This document shows, in pieces, positions 55,681 to 64,000 of a DNA stretch of 64,000 nt; the first letter of the stretch is position 1, and the number at the start of each line of letters is the position of its first letter. Under the pieces are notes generated by a model. It ran no database searches. It had not been told where the DNA came from and was given only the letters and a program-made list of their open reading frames with translations. Both the position numbers and the translations under genes were made by a program. Source of the DNA: an uncultured Chloroflexia bacterium. GTDB taxonomy: Bacteria > Chloroflexota > Limnocylindria > Limnocylindrales > CSP1-4. Location: the NCBI GenBank assembly GCA_963828165.1, contig CAWHDR010000001.1, positions 2,560,001-2,624,000 of the forward strand. Direction: 5' to 3'.

Positions 55681-56649
55681 ATGGACACGATCCGGGTGGC
55701 CCTCGCGCAGCTCGCGCCGAGCCTTGGCGAGCTCGACCGCAACCTGGTCCGTCATCACGAGCTCCTCGATCAGGCTCGCGCGGACAAGGCAGACCTCGTG
55801 GTCTTTCCGGAGCTCGGTCTGACCGGCTACCAGCTCCAGGATCTCGCGGCGGAGGTCTCGCTCCGGCTCGACGACCCACGGCTGGCCGATCTTGCGGCCG
55901 CGACCGAGGGCCTGTCCGCGATCGTCTCCTTCGTCGAGGAGTCAGCCGACCATCGGCTGTTCATCGCGGCGGCGCTGCTCGAGGACGGGGAGGTCCGACA
56001 CGTCCATCGCAAGCTGTTCCTGCCGACCTACGGCCTGTTCGACGAACGCCGCTTCTTCGGGGCGGGCGACATGCTCCGAGCGGTACCGTCCCGCCTGGGG
56101 CTCGGCCTGGGGATCGGGATCTGCGAGGACTTCTGGCATTTGACTGTCCCGCAGATCCTCGCGCTCGACGGGGCGCAGATCCTCATCAACGTCTCGTCGT
56201 CGCCCGGGCGCGACCTGGCGGCCACGAACGAGGTGGGCCTGGGCACGGCGACCTCGTGGCGGACCTTGATGCGCACGTACGCCCAGCTGACGACCTCGTT
56301 CGTCGTGTTCTGCAACCGGGTTGGCGTGGACGAATCGATCTCGTTCTGGGGTGGCTCCGAGGTCATCGCCCCGACCGGCGCGGCCCTCCTGAGCGCGCCG
56401 ATGTACGACGAGGGCCTGTTCAGCGTGGACATCGCCCCGGCCGACATCCGCCGTGAGCGCATCGGGCTGCCGCTCCTGCGCGACGAGCGACCGGAACTGC
56501 AGCTGCGCGAGCTCGCGCGGATCATCGCCGAGCGGGCGGGCATGGCGCATGACTCCACGAGCGAGCCGGGTGCCGAGCCCGGTCTGGACCTGGCGCCCGG
56601 GGACCGATCGCCCCATCCGATCGGTTTTCGCCGGGAGGCGGAGGGATGA
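55681..56649 (+). CDS. Nitrilase-family carbon-nitrogen hydrolase (probable glutaminase subunit of NAD synthetase)
   Basis: FPEL, HRKLFLPTYGLFDERRFF and ICEDFW (E-K-C triad); ATGA overlap with nadE. Confidence 0.88.
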   Translation: MDTIRVALAQLAPSLGELDRNLVRHHELLDQARADKADLVVFPELGLTGYQLQDLAAEVSLRLDDPRLADLAAATEGLSAIVSFVEESADHRLFIAAALLEDGEVRHVHRKLFLPTYGLFDERRFFGAGDMLRAVPSRLGLGLGIGICEDFWHLTVPQILALDGAQILINVSSSPGRDLAATNEVGLGTATSWRTLMRTYAQLTTSFVVFCNRVGVDESISFWGGSEVIAPTGAALLSAPMYDEGLFSVDIAPADIRRERIGLPLLRDERPELQLRELARIIAERAGMAHDSTSEPGAEPGLDLAPGDRSPHPIGFRREAEG

Positions 56650-57506
56650 CGAGCCCGGTCGCCTTCGACCTGCCACCCGAGCTCGCGATCGACACGGACA
56701 TCGCGCGGCGGGTCATCGGGGAGTTCATCCGCGGCCAGCTTCGACAGGCCGGCTTCGAGCGCGCCGTCCTTGGCCTGTCGGGCGGTATCGACTCGGCCCT
56801 GGTGGCCTACCTCACCGCCGAGGCGATCGGCGCCGACCAGCTCCTGTGCGTGCTGATGCCGTACCGGACCTCATCCCCGGCCTCGCGGTCCGACGCCGAG
56901 GAGGTCGTTCGCCGCCTGGGCACCGCCTCGGAGGTCGTCGACATCACCCCGATGGTCGACGGCTTCTATGGTCCGGAAACCGATGCGTCAGACCTTCGGC
57001 GGGGGAACTTCATGGCGCGGATGCGGATGAGCGTGCTGTACGACCGGTCGGCGACGTGGGGCGGCCTCGTCGTGGGGACCGGCAACAAGACGGAGTCGCT
57101 CATCGGCTACACGACGATCTTCGGCGATGCGGCCTGTGCCTTCAACCCGGTCGGGGACCTCTACAAGAGCCAGGTCCGCCAGATGGCTGCGGCGATGGAC
57201 GTGCCCGACTCGATCATCGCCAAGGCGCCGTCGGCGGACCTGTGGCCCGGCCAGACCGACGAGATCGAGTCCGGGTTCAGCTACCCGGAGCTCGACCGGT
57301 TGCTGTTCTGGCGCATCGACAAGCGCCGCTCCATCGACGAGATCGTGGCGCTCGGGTTCGAGCGGGACCTCGTCGAGCGCGTCGACCGCATGGTCGCCGG
57401 CGCCGAGTTCAAGCGTCAGGTGCCACCGATCGCCAAGCTCGGGCCGCGGACGGCGGGCGTCGACTACCTGTACCCGCGCCGGCGGCCGGGGTCGGCACGC
57501 GAGTGA
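56646..57506 (+). CDS. nadE: NAD+ synthetase
   Basis: GLSGGIDS, GNFMARMRM, GTGNKTE, DLYKSQV, PSADLWPGQTDE. Confidence 0.95.
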   Translation: MTSPVAFDLPPELAIDTDIARRVIGEFIRGQLRQAGFERAVLGLSGGIDSALVAYLTAEAIGADQLLCVLMPYRTSSPASRSDAEEVVRRLGTASEVVDITPMVDGFYGPETDASDLRRGNFMARMRMSVLYDRSATWGGLVVGTGNKTESLIGYTTIFGDAACAFNPVGDLYKSQVRQMAAAMDVPDSIIAKAPSADLWPGQTDEIESGFSYPELDRLLFWRIDKRRSIDEIVALGFERDLVERVDRMVAGAEFKRQVPPIAKLGPRTAGVDYLYPRRRPGSARE

Positions 57507-58453
57507 TCGGGGGCGACGCGGGCGACGGCGCCCCGTCGGGCGACGTGGGCGAGGGCGGCGCCTCGTGGGGCAGAGGCGTGCCGGCGGACGGTGCCGTCCT
57601 GTACGTCGTGGCCACGCCCATCGGGAACCTGTCGGACGTGACGCTGCGAGCGCTCGAGGTCCTGGCGGCTGCACCGCTCATCGCCGCCGAGGACACTCGC
57701 CTCAGCAAGCGCCTGCTGGACCGCCATGGGATCTCGGGGCGGCTGACCAGCTACCACGCCCGCAGTGGCCCGGGACGGTTGGCGTCGCTGCTGGAGCACC
57801 TGCGCGGAGGCGCCGACCTCGCCCTCATCACCGACGCCGGAACTCCCGCGGTCAGCGATCCGGGCGCCGACCTCGTCGCAGCATGGGCGGGGGAGGGTGG
57901 CCGGGTCGTGCCGATCCCCGGGGCATCGGCCGTGCTCGCGGCGGTGGCCGCGTCCGGGGTGACTGGGCCGCGCTGGTCGTTCGAGGGCTTCCTGCCCCGC
58001 TCCGGGCGGGATCGCAAGGACCGGCTGGCGGCGATCGCGACCGATGATCGGGGATCCGTGCTGTTCGAGGCGCCAGGGCGGGTCGCGGCCACGCTCCGGG
58101 AACTGGCCGCGGCCTGTGGCGCAGGGCGGGCCGGGGCGGTCTGCCGAGAGCTCACCAAGCTGCACGAGCAGATCGTGCGGGGCACGCTCGGCGAGCTGGC
58201 TGTGGCCGTGGGCGAGGGCACGATCCCCGCTCGGGGCGAGTTCGTCCTCGTGGTCGGGAGGGGCGGGAACCAGGACGGACCACGCACGACACCGGCCGCC
58301 GAGGCAGCCGGGCGGGACGATGTCGCGGCCGCGCTCGCCCAGGTGCAGGCGCTCGTGGACGCGGGCACGCCCCGGGGTGAGGCCGCGAAACGGGTTGCCG
58401 CGGACACCGGCCTGCCGCGCAGACGGCTCTACGAGGTCGCCGACGGCTCCTGA
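57503..58453 (+). CDS. rsmI: 16S rRNA Cm1402 2'-O-methyltransferase
   Basis: LYVVATPIGNL, AAEDTR, DAGTPAVSDPG, FEGFLP, RELTKLHE; start uncertain. Confidence 0.94.
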   Translation: MIGGDAGDGAPSGDVGEGGASWGRGVPADGAVLYVVATPIGNLSDVTLRALEVLAAAPLIAAEDTRLSKRLLDRHGISGRLTSYHARSGPGRLASLLEHLRGGADLALITDAGTPAVSDPGADLVAAWAGEGGRVVPIPGASAVLAAVAASGVTGPRWSFEGFLPRSGRDRKDRLAAIATDDRGSVLFEAPGRVAATLRELAAACGAGRAGAVCRELTKLHEQIVRGTLGELAVAVGEGTIPARGEFVLVVGRGGNQDGPRTTPAAEAAGRDDVAAALAQVQALVDAGTPRGEAAKRVAADTGLPRRRLYEVADGS

Positions 58454-59787
58454 GCGGCGGTCCGCGCTGGGTCCGTCGTGTCGAGCACCTGTGCGGTCCG
58501 CGGCGGTGCGGCCGCCCCGTCGCCGGCCGGCGACCGGTCCTCTCCCTCGCGGGCCTTGATGACCTCCTGAGCCGCCGTGGCCGCCACGGACGCGGCTCGT
58601 GCCGCCCAGCGCCACTTCGACCCCGCCATCTGATCGATCGCCTCCCCGGTGCGGGGGTCGGCGGCCGCCTCCAGCACGGCCCCCGCACCCGATCGCACCA
58701 CGCGACCGAGATCCTCCAGCACGCCGAGCACGCCGTCGTGGGCAACCCCCGGCGTCTCCGCTCCGACCAGCGCGTCACCCGCCATCGCCCCGGCGCGAAG
58801 GTCCCGCTCGACCTGCAGACGCTGCCGATAGAGCACCTCCCACTCTTCGTAGGGGATCTCGAGCGTGGAGAGCTGCTCGTCGATGGTGGCGAACTCGGCC
58901 GCCGCAGCGTCGTCGAACCGACGGGGACGATCCGGGGTCGCGGCCAACGGTCGTGCCACGGTGGCCAGCCGATCTTCGATGGCCTGTGCCTCCGCGCTGA
59001 TCGTGAGATGGGCGGCCGAGGTGGTCAGGCGGCTGGCCATCGCGGCGCGAGCGCGCGCCACGAGGGCCGGCTTGCCGGAGACCAGCAGGTCCATCGGGTA
59101 GATAAGGATGTCCAGGTGCTCGCCGTCGAGCTGGATGAGCTTCTCGGGGACCAGCGACTGAGCACCGGTGCCGGCCACGGCCGCCAGCCAACGCGCCGGC
59201 TTCGACATCGCCGCGGGCGCTGTCGTGGGGGTGACCTCGAGACCAGCGGTTTCGAGCGCCCGGTCGAGATCGGCGGCGACTTCGTCGTACATGCCGGGCT
59301 CGATCACCAGCGGGACGTGCGCATCGGTCCAGCCGCGGGCCAGGCTCTGCGCCTTGCGGAAGATCGCGAGCCCCGCGAGGAAGATCAACAGGACGGACAG
59401 GAGGATCGTCAGTGGATACCCGCGGGCCACGGCTTCGGCGACATGCTTTGCCGACGCTCCGTCGGGGTTCGAGAGGGTCAGCGTCAGCGCGCCGATGATG
59501 CCTGGCACGATGAGCGCTCCGATGAGCATGATCAGGCGGATCACCCCCTCGGGGACGATGTCCTGATCCGGGATGAAGAGCAGCAGGAACGCCCCGACAT
59601 CCGGGAACAGCACGCCCGCGAGCAGCACGATCCAGATGACCGATCCGAAGGTGATCCCCAGCAGGAGGTGCTGCCGTTTCGCCGGCACGCGGCCGAAGAG
59701 GAGCGTGCTCGCCCAGCCGAGCGCGGTCATGAGGATCTTCCCGACGAAGCGTGATCCGAACGCGAACAAGGCGGCGAGGATGGCCAT
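58429..59787 (-). CDS. Hypothetical membrane protein (N-terminal ~4 TM, soluble C-terminal domain)
   Basis: About 450-aa ORF with several hydrophobic helices; GGAGG upstream; no family recognised. Confidence 0.78.
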   Translation of the reverse strand: MAILAALFAFGSRFVGKILMTALGWASTLLFGRVPAKRQHLLLGITFGSVIWIVLLAGVLFPDVGAFLLLFIPDQDIVPEGVIRLIMLIGALIVPGIIGALTLTLSNPDGASAKHVAEAVARGYPLTILLSVLLIFLAGLAIFRKAQSLARGWTDAHVPLVIEPGMYDEVAADLDRALETAGLEVTPTTAPAAMSKPARWLAAVAGTGAQSLVPEKLIQLDGEHLDILIYPMDLLVSGKPALVARARAAMASRLTTSAAHLTISAEAQAIEDRLATVARPLAATPDRPRRFDDAAAAEFATIDEQLSTLEIPYEEWEVLYRQRLQVERDLRAGAMAGDALVGAETPGVAHDGVLGVLEDLGRVVRSGAGAVLEAAADPRTGEAIDQMAGSKWRWAARAASVAATAAQEVIKAREGEDRSPAGDGAAAPPRTAQVLDTTDPARTAAQEPSATS

Positions 59788-59945
59788 GTCCGCGAGGGTG
59801 CCTCCGCGTGGCTGTCGCGGGTTCCGCACGACGTTCTCGGGGTCTTACGGCTGCCTCTCGACTCGCTAGCATCATCCGGCAACGAGGGCGGCGACGACGC
59901 GGGAGGGGAACACGCGCCGCCGCCGCGGGACCTTCGAAGCGGCCG

Positions 59946-60419
59946 TCAGGCCGCGGCCTCGGCGCCCTCCTCCTCGTCGTCGTCCGGATCGTCCGGCGCG
60001 ATCGGCTCGGCGCCCTCGGGGATCGGCTCGCTCGGCGGCACATCACCGAACTTCTCGGCCTGGGCGACGAGGGCATCGGCGGACTGCTGTGCCTCGTAGT
60101 CCTTCTTCCGGCGCCCCGACAGCATCTCGACGTGGCTGGCCACCACCTCCGTCTTCCAGTGCCGCTGGCCGCGGTCGTCGTCCCAGGATCGCGTCTGCAG
60201 GCGCCCCTCGATGGCGACCTGCTGGCCCTTGCCGAGGTAGGTGCCGGCGATCTCCGCCAGCCGGTCCCACGTCACGACGGGGTGGTACTCGGCCTTCTCG
60301 CGGCCGCCCCCGATGAACTCGTTGCTTGCCACGGTGAACGTCGTGACGTTCTTGCCCGATGCGAGGCTGCGCATCTCCGGGTCGCGCGTCAGGCGCCCCG
60401 TCAGAAAGACCTTGTTCAC
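59946..60419 (-). CDS. ssb: Single-stranded DNA-binding protein
   Basis: NKVFLTGRLTRDPEMR, KGQQVAIEGRLQTRSW, KTEVVA; GTG start after GAAGGAG. Confidence 0.92.
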   Translation of the reverse strand: MNKVFLTGRLTRDPEMRSLASGKNVTTFTVASNEFIGGGREKAEYHPVVTWDRLAEIAGTYLGKGQQVAIEGRLQTRSWDDDRGQRHWKTEVVASHVEMLSGRRKKDYEAQQSADALVAQAEKFGDVPPSEPIPEGAEPIAPDDPDDDEEEGAEAAA

Positions 60420-60711
60420 GGTCCGATCTCCTTCCCGGTCGGCCGGAATGGTCCGGTACCGACCTGCGTACGGACGGCGGGTCCTGATGCGGCGGGATGG
60501 GGTCGCCGGCCCCGGCGGACGGGCCCGGCGGAGGGTCGCGTTCGGCGGTACGGCGTTCGGCGGGGCGTTCGTTTCGGCGGGGCCGGCAATCACCGGCGGG
60601 CACCACGGACCCTAGCAGCGACCGCTTAGTCGGCGCATACCACCGACTTCACTGGGCCTCACCACCGATGACAGCGCTCGCGCGCGCGACCTATCACCCG
60701 CGGTGTCGCTT

Positions 60712-62508
60712 TCAGCGGGTGGCCGTCTCGGAACGGTCCGGGCGTGGGTCGACGGGCGCGGGCAGGGACGTGACCGACCGCTGCTTGTTCGTTGCGGACC
60801 GGCGCCGCGGCGATCCGGGCTCCGACAGGCCCTCGGTGATGCCGAGCGCGCCATCGGGCGCCATCGTCTGCGACTCGGTCGTGTCCGAGACCGCCTCGAG
60901 CGCGCCGGACGGAGCCTTGCCCCCGACCTCGTCCGATCGCCGGCGCCGGCGGGCCTGACGCACGGGCAGGGGGTCCGGGACCGTGCTCGCCTGGCCGGCG
61001 TGGGCGTCGCTGGCCGCGATCATCGCCTGGACGGCCGGATCGGGCGCCGGCGCCTCGTTGCTGTACAGGTCGCAGAAGGACTCGACGAGCTCGGGGTCGA
61101 ATTGCGTTCCCGCGTGGCGCCGCAGCTCGGCGATCGCGGCCACGTGCGACATCGCACGCTTGTATGGCCGGTCGGTGGTCATGGCGTCGTAGGCATCCGC
61201 GATGGCCACGATCCGGGCACCCAGGGGGATCTCGTTGGCGCGCAAGCCGAACGGGTATCCATGTCCGGCATAGCGCTCGTGGTGGTGGAGGATGATCGGC
61301 ACCGCGTCTTTCAGCGCGGAGGCATGCTCCAGGATCACCTGGCCGACGCGCGGGTGCTGGACCACGGTTCGCCACTCGGCAGAGGTCAGCGCCGTCGACT
61401 TCTCGAGGATCTCCTTCGGCACGGCGACCTTGCCGACGTCGTGCAGGAGGGCGGCGATCCGCAACCGATCGATGTCGGCGTCCGGCAGCTGGAGTTGCCT
61501 CGCCATCGACACGACGATCGTCGCGATGACCGGCGAGGGCTGGCCGCGATAGTGGGGGAGCGGCAGCAGCACGGACGTGAGGGCGTTTGTCGCGGCGTCG
61601 CGAGCCAGTTGGCCGACTTCGAGCGCCCGGGCCCGGCCGGCCGCCGAGATGGGAGCGCGGGGAACCCGGTTGTCGTCATCGGGCTCGGCGAAGATGTAGG
61701 TCTGGTTCCGGCCGAGCGACTTGGCCGAGTACATCGCCGCGTCGGCGTCGCGGATGAGGGTTTCCATGCGGACCTTGTTCCCGACGCCACCGGCGATGCC
61801 GATCGAGATGGTGACCGAGATGACCTGGCCACCCTCGACCTGGTAGCGCTGGCGCTGGACGAGCGTCCGCAATTTCTCCGCGAGGACGGCCCCTTCCTCG
61901 ACGTCGGTCTCGGTCAGGATCAGCATGAATTCCTCGCCGCCGTATCGACCGATCATGTCGGTCCCGCGGAGGTTCTCGGACAGCGTCTGGGCCACGCCGC
62001 GCAGCACCACGTCACCGACGCTGTGGCCATACGTGTCGTTGACGGCCTTGAAGTGATCGATATCGACGAAGGCGACCGACAGCGGGCGCTCGTAGCGTGT
62101 CGCGCGCACGACCTCGGAGAACAGCTCGGCCAGGAGCGCCTGCCGATTCGAAACCCCGGTAAGCCGGTCGTAGGTCGCCCGATCGTGCGTGTCCGCCAGG
62201 GCGCCCGAGATGTCGTTCACGGCGTCGGCGAGACGGCCCTCGAGACCGATGGCATGCTGGGGAACCTGGATGGTGTAGTCGCCCCCGGCGATGTCCTCCG
62301 CAGCCTTGACCAGGCGCGAGAATCGGTACCGGAAGTGCGCCCCCACCACGAGGGCGGTCAGCGAGACGCCGATGGCGCCGGCCGCGATCGCGGCAAGCGC
62401 CGACCGGACGCCCTCATCGATCCAGGAGATCAGGGCATCGGGCACGAACAACGTCAGGGCCCCGATCGCGACCGGAGCCGCGAGCGCCAGGACCCCGATC
62501 AGGCGCAT
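60712..62508 (-). CDS. Membrane HAMP-GGDEF-HD-GYP cyclic-di-GMP protein
   Basis: Two TM helices, HAMP-like segment, DIDHFKAVNDTYGH, RGTD..RYGGEEF, LLHDVGK, HHERYAGHGYP; start uncertain (62508 or 62577). Confidence 0.9.
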   Translation of the reverse strand: MRLIGVLALAAPVAIGALTLFVPDALISWIDEGVRSALAAIAAGAIGVSLTALVVGAHFRYRFSRLVKAAEDIAGGDYTIQVPQHAIGLEGRLADAVNDISGALADTHDRATYDRLTGVSNRQALLAELFSEVVRATRYERPLSVAFVDIDHFKAVNDTYGHSVGDVVLRGVAQTLSENLRGTDMIGRYGGEEFMLILTETDVEEGAVLAEKLRTLVQRQRYQVEGGQVISVTISIGIAGGVGNKVRMETLIRDADAAMYSAKSLGRNQTYIFAEPDDDNRVPRAPISAAGRARALEVGQLARDAATNALTSVLLPLPHYRGQPSPVIATIVVSMARQLQLPDADIDRLRIAALLHDVGKVAVPKEILEKSTALTSAEWRTVVQHPRVGQVILEHASALKDAVPIILHHHERYAGHGYPFGLRANEIPLGARIVAIADAYDAMTTDRPYKRAMSHVAAIAELRRHAGTQFDPELVESFCDLYSNEAPAPDPAVQAMIAASDAHAGQASTVPDPLPVRQARRRRRSDEVGGKAPSGALEAVSDTTESQTMAPDGALGITEGLSEPGSPRRRSATNKQRSVTSLPAPVDPRPDRSETATR

Positions 62509-62651
62509 CACGTCCCCAAGGCTACCGGTGGACACCCCTTCGACGGTCTCGCCGGAGGTACCACCGCCCCCCGCCATAGGTACCACCAATGTGGAAAGGT
62601 CGACGTCGGCCCGACCCGTTCGGCGGCCGGTCTGCAGGGGAAGCCGACTGC

Positions 62652-62843
62652 TATACTCCGGCCGTCCTCGACCGCAGCGGGGCTCCCCGCGAACCAGGAG
62701 GTCAAGCGATCGCGCGAGAAGGGCGCTTCGGCCGTCCCGTGAGGCGTCCAAGCGACCACGGACCGATGCACCGTCGCTCAGTCGTCGGGGCAAGACGGGA
62801 GAGGTCTATCCGGGTCCCAGGGCACGTGCCCGGGGGCTTTTTT
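62652..62843 (+). promoter_or_regulatory. Candidate structured leader (TATACT -10 to intrinsic terminator) upstream of purA
   Basis: -10 at 62652-62657, several alternative hairpins, terminator at 62814-62843. Confidence 0.5.
62814..62843 (+). terminator. Intrinsic terminator
   Basis: GTCCCaGGGC-acgt-GCCCgGGGGC followed by TTTTTT. Confidence 0.8.
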
Positions 62844-63028
62844 GTTGGCCGCGCGCCATGCTCGACCAGCTCATCGTCGCCGGCCTCCGCCGGTCGCTCA
62901 CGCAGGAACCCTCGGGCCGATGGCTCGCGGAGCGTCGCCTCGGACCTCCGGGGGGTCGCGCTCGCTCCCTTGCTCAGCCAGCGCCTTGATCTGGCCGGCC
63001 TGGCGCGCGGATTCTCGGTACAGAGCTG

Positions 63029-64000
63029 ATGCCGGCTACCGTGATCGTCGGGCTCCAGTGGGGCGACGAGGGCAAGGGCAAGACGACGGATTTTCTCGCC
63101 GAGCAGACGGCCATGGTCGTGCGCTACCAGGGCGGCGACAACGCGGGCCACACCGTCGTCCGCGGCGACGAGGTCTTCAAGCTCCAGCTGACGCCGTCGG
63201 GTGTGCTCTACCCGCACATCACCTCGGTCATCGGCAACGGGGTGGTGGTCAACCCCGTGACCCTCATCGCCGAGTTCGACATGCTGACCGCCCGGGGCAT
63301 CTCCACGGACCGCGTCCGGGTCAGTCGCAGCGCCCACGTCATCATGCCGTACCACGTGGCGCTGGACCAGGGGAACGAGTCGCGGCTCGGGGGCGCGAAG
63401 GTCGGGACGACGGGACGTGGCATCGGCCCCGCGTACGGCGATCGGGCGTGGCGGCTGGGCCTGCGGATGGAGGACCTCCTCGATCGAACGGTCCTGCGCG
63501 AGCGGATCGCGCGTGCGCTGCCGGACAAGAACCTGGTGCTCGGGTCGATGGGCGTCGACCCCTTCGATGTCGAAGCGCTGGTCGACCTTGCCACGGGTTG
63601 GGGGGAGCGGCTCGAGGAGCACCTGGATGACACGACGTGGCTGGTCCAGGCCGCCCTGGCGCGCGGTGAGCACGTGCTCCTCGAGGGCGCCCAGGGCACG
63701 CTCCTGGATCTGGACCACGGGAGCTATCCGTTCGTGACCTCGTCCAACCCGGTGGCGGGTGGCGCTTGCACCGGTGGTGGCATCGGCCCGTTGCAAGTCG
63801 ATGAGGTCATCGGGGTGATGAAGGCGTACTCGACGCGCGTGGGCTCCGGGCCGTACCCGACCGAGCTGCTCGACGGCGTCGCGGCCGGGATCGCCGAACG
63901 TGGCCGCGAGGTAGGTACCGTGACTGGACGCGCCCGGCGTATCGGCTGGTTCGATGCCGTGCCGCTGCGGTACGCGGTCGCCGTCAACAGCGTGAGCTCG
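63029..64000 (+). CDS. purA: Adenylosuccinate synthetase (partial, runs off window)
   Basis: Not in the ORF track. Manual translation: MPATVIVGLQWGDEGKGK, RYQGGDNAGHT, GTTGRGIGP, EGAQG, DHGSYPFVTSS, TRVGSGP, RRIGWFD. Confidence 0.96.
   Translation, partial: MPATVIVGLQWGDEGKGKTTDFLAEQTAMVVRYQGGDNAGHTVVRGDEVFKLQLTPSGVLYPHITSVIGNGVVVNPVTLIAEFDMLTARGISTDRVRVSRSAHVIMPYHVALDQGNESRLGGAKVGTTGRGIGPAYGDRAWRLGLRMEDLLDRTVLRERIARALPDKNLVLGSMGVDPFDVEALVDLATGWGERLEEHLDDTTWLVQAALARGEHVLLEGAQGTLLDLDHGSYPFVTSSNPVAGGACTGGGIGPLQVDEVIGVMKAYSTRVGSGPYPTELLDGVAAGIAERGREVGTVTGRARRIGWFDAVPLRYAVAVNSVSS

Noticed and set aside
62660-62810. Leader as a ykkC/PRPP, ZTP or purine riboswitch, or 6S RNA
   Set aside because: Lacks the conserved ykkC AGGGUUCCG and AAAAG elements and the ZTP and purine aptamer cores; the end-to-end pairing is short for 6S. 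Left unassigned pending cmscan.

Overview
A high-GC (~70% by eye) bacterial chromosomal segment, mostly core genes. The likely source is Chloroflexota, probably Limnocylindria/Ellin6529-like. This is an inference from the RNase P RNA lacking P13/P14, the monoderm-style sbp and yggS-yggT-yggU genes in the dcw cluster, and the ECF/TolB-propeller pair. Gene order: partial sucC; an ECF sigma/anti-sigma pair; icd; a Mycobacterium Sdh1-like succinate dehydrogenase; rnhA; rnpB; a LysM protein; a dcw cluster (mraZ to ftsZ-yggS-yggT-yggU, without murC and murE); tRNA-Val(CAC); an ArsR-SRPBCC-hydrolase operon; an MFS transporter; acnA; DUF2520; NUDIX-gcvT-H-PA-PB; two convergent peptide ABC operons with three binding proteins; a split NAD synthetase; rsmI; an orphan ssb; a HAMP-GGDEF-HD-GYP gene; and partial purA. 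I saw no mobile element, prophage, CRISPR array or defence system. Six to eight single-base indels break or falsely fuse genes and look like read or assembly errors. I cannot support a large novel system here. The best leads are a circularly permuted family-5 solute-binding protein, a structured attenuator-like leader with a PyrR-type loop upstream of purA, a candidate anti-Shine-Dalgarno small RNA, and an unannotated small ORF inside the dcw operon.
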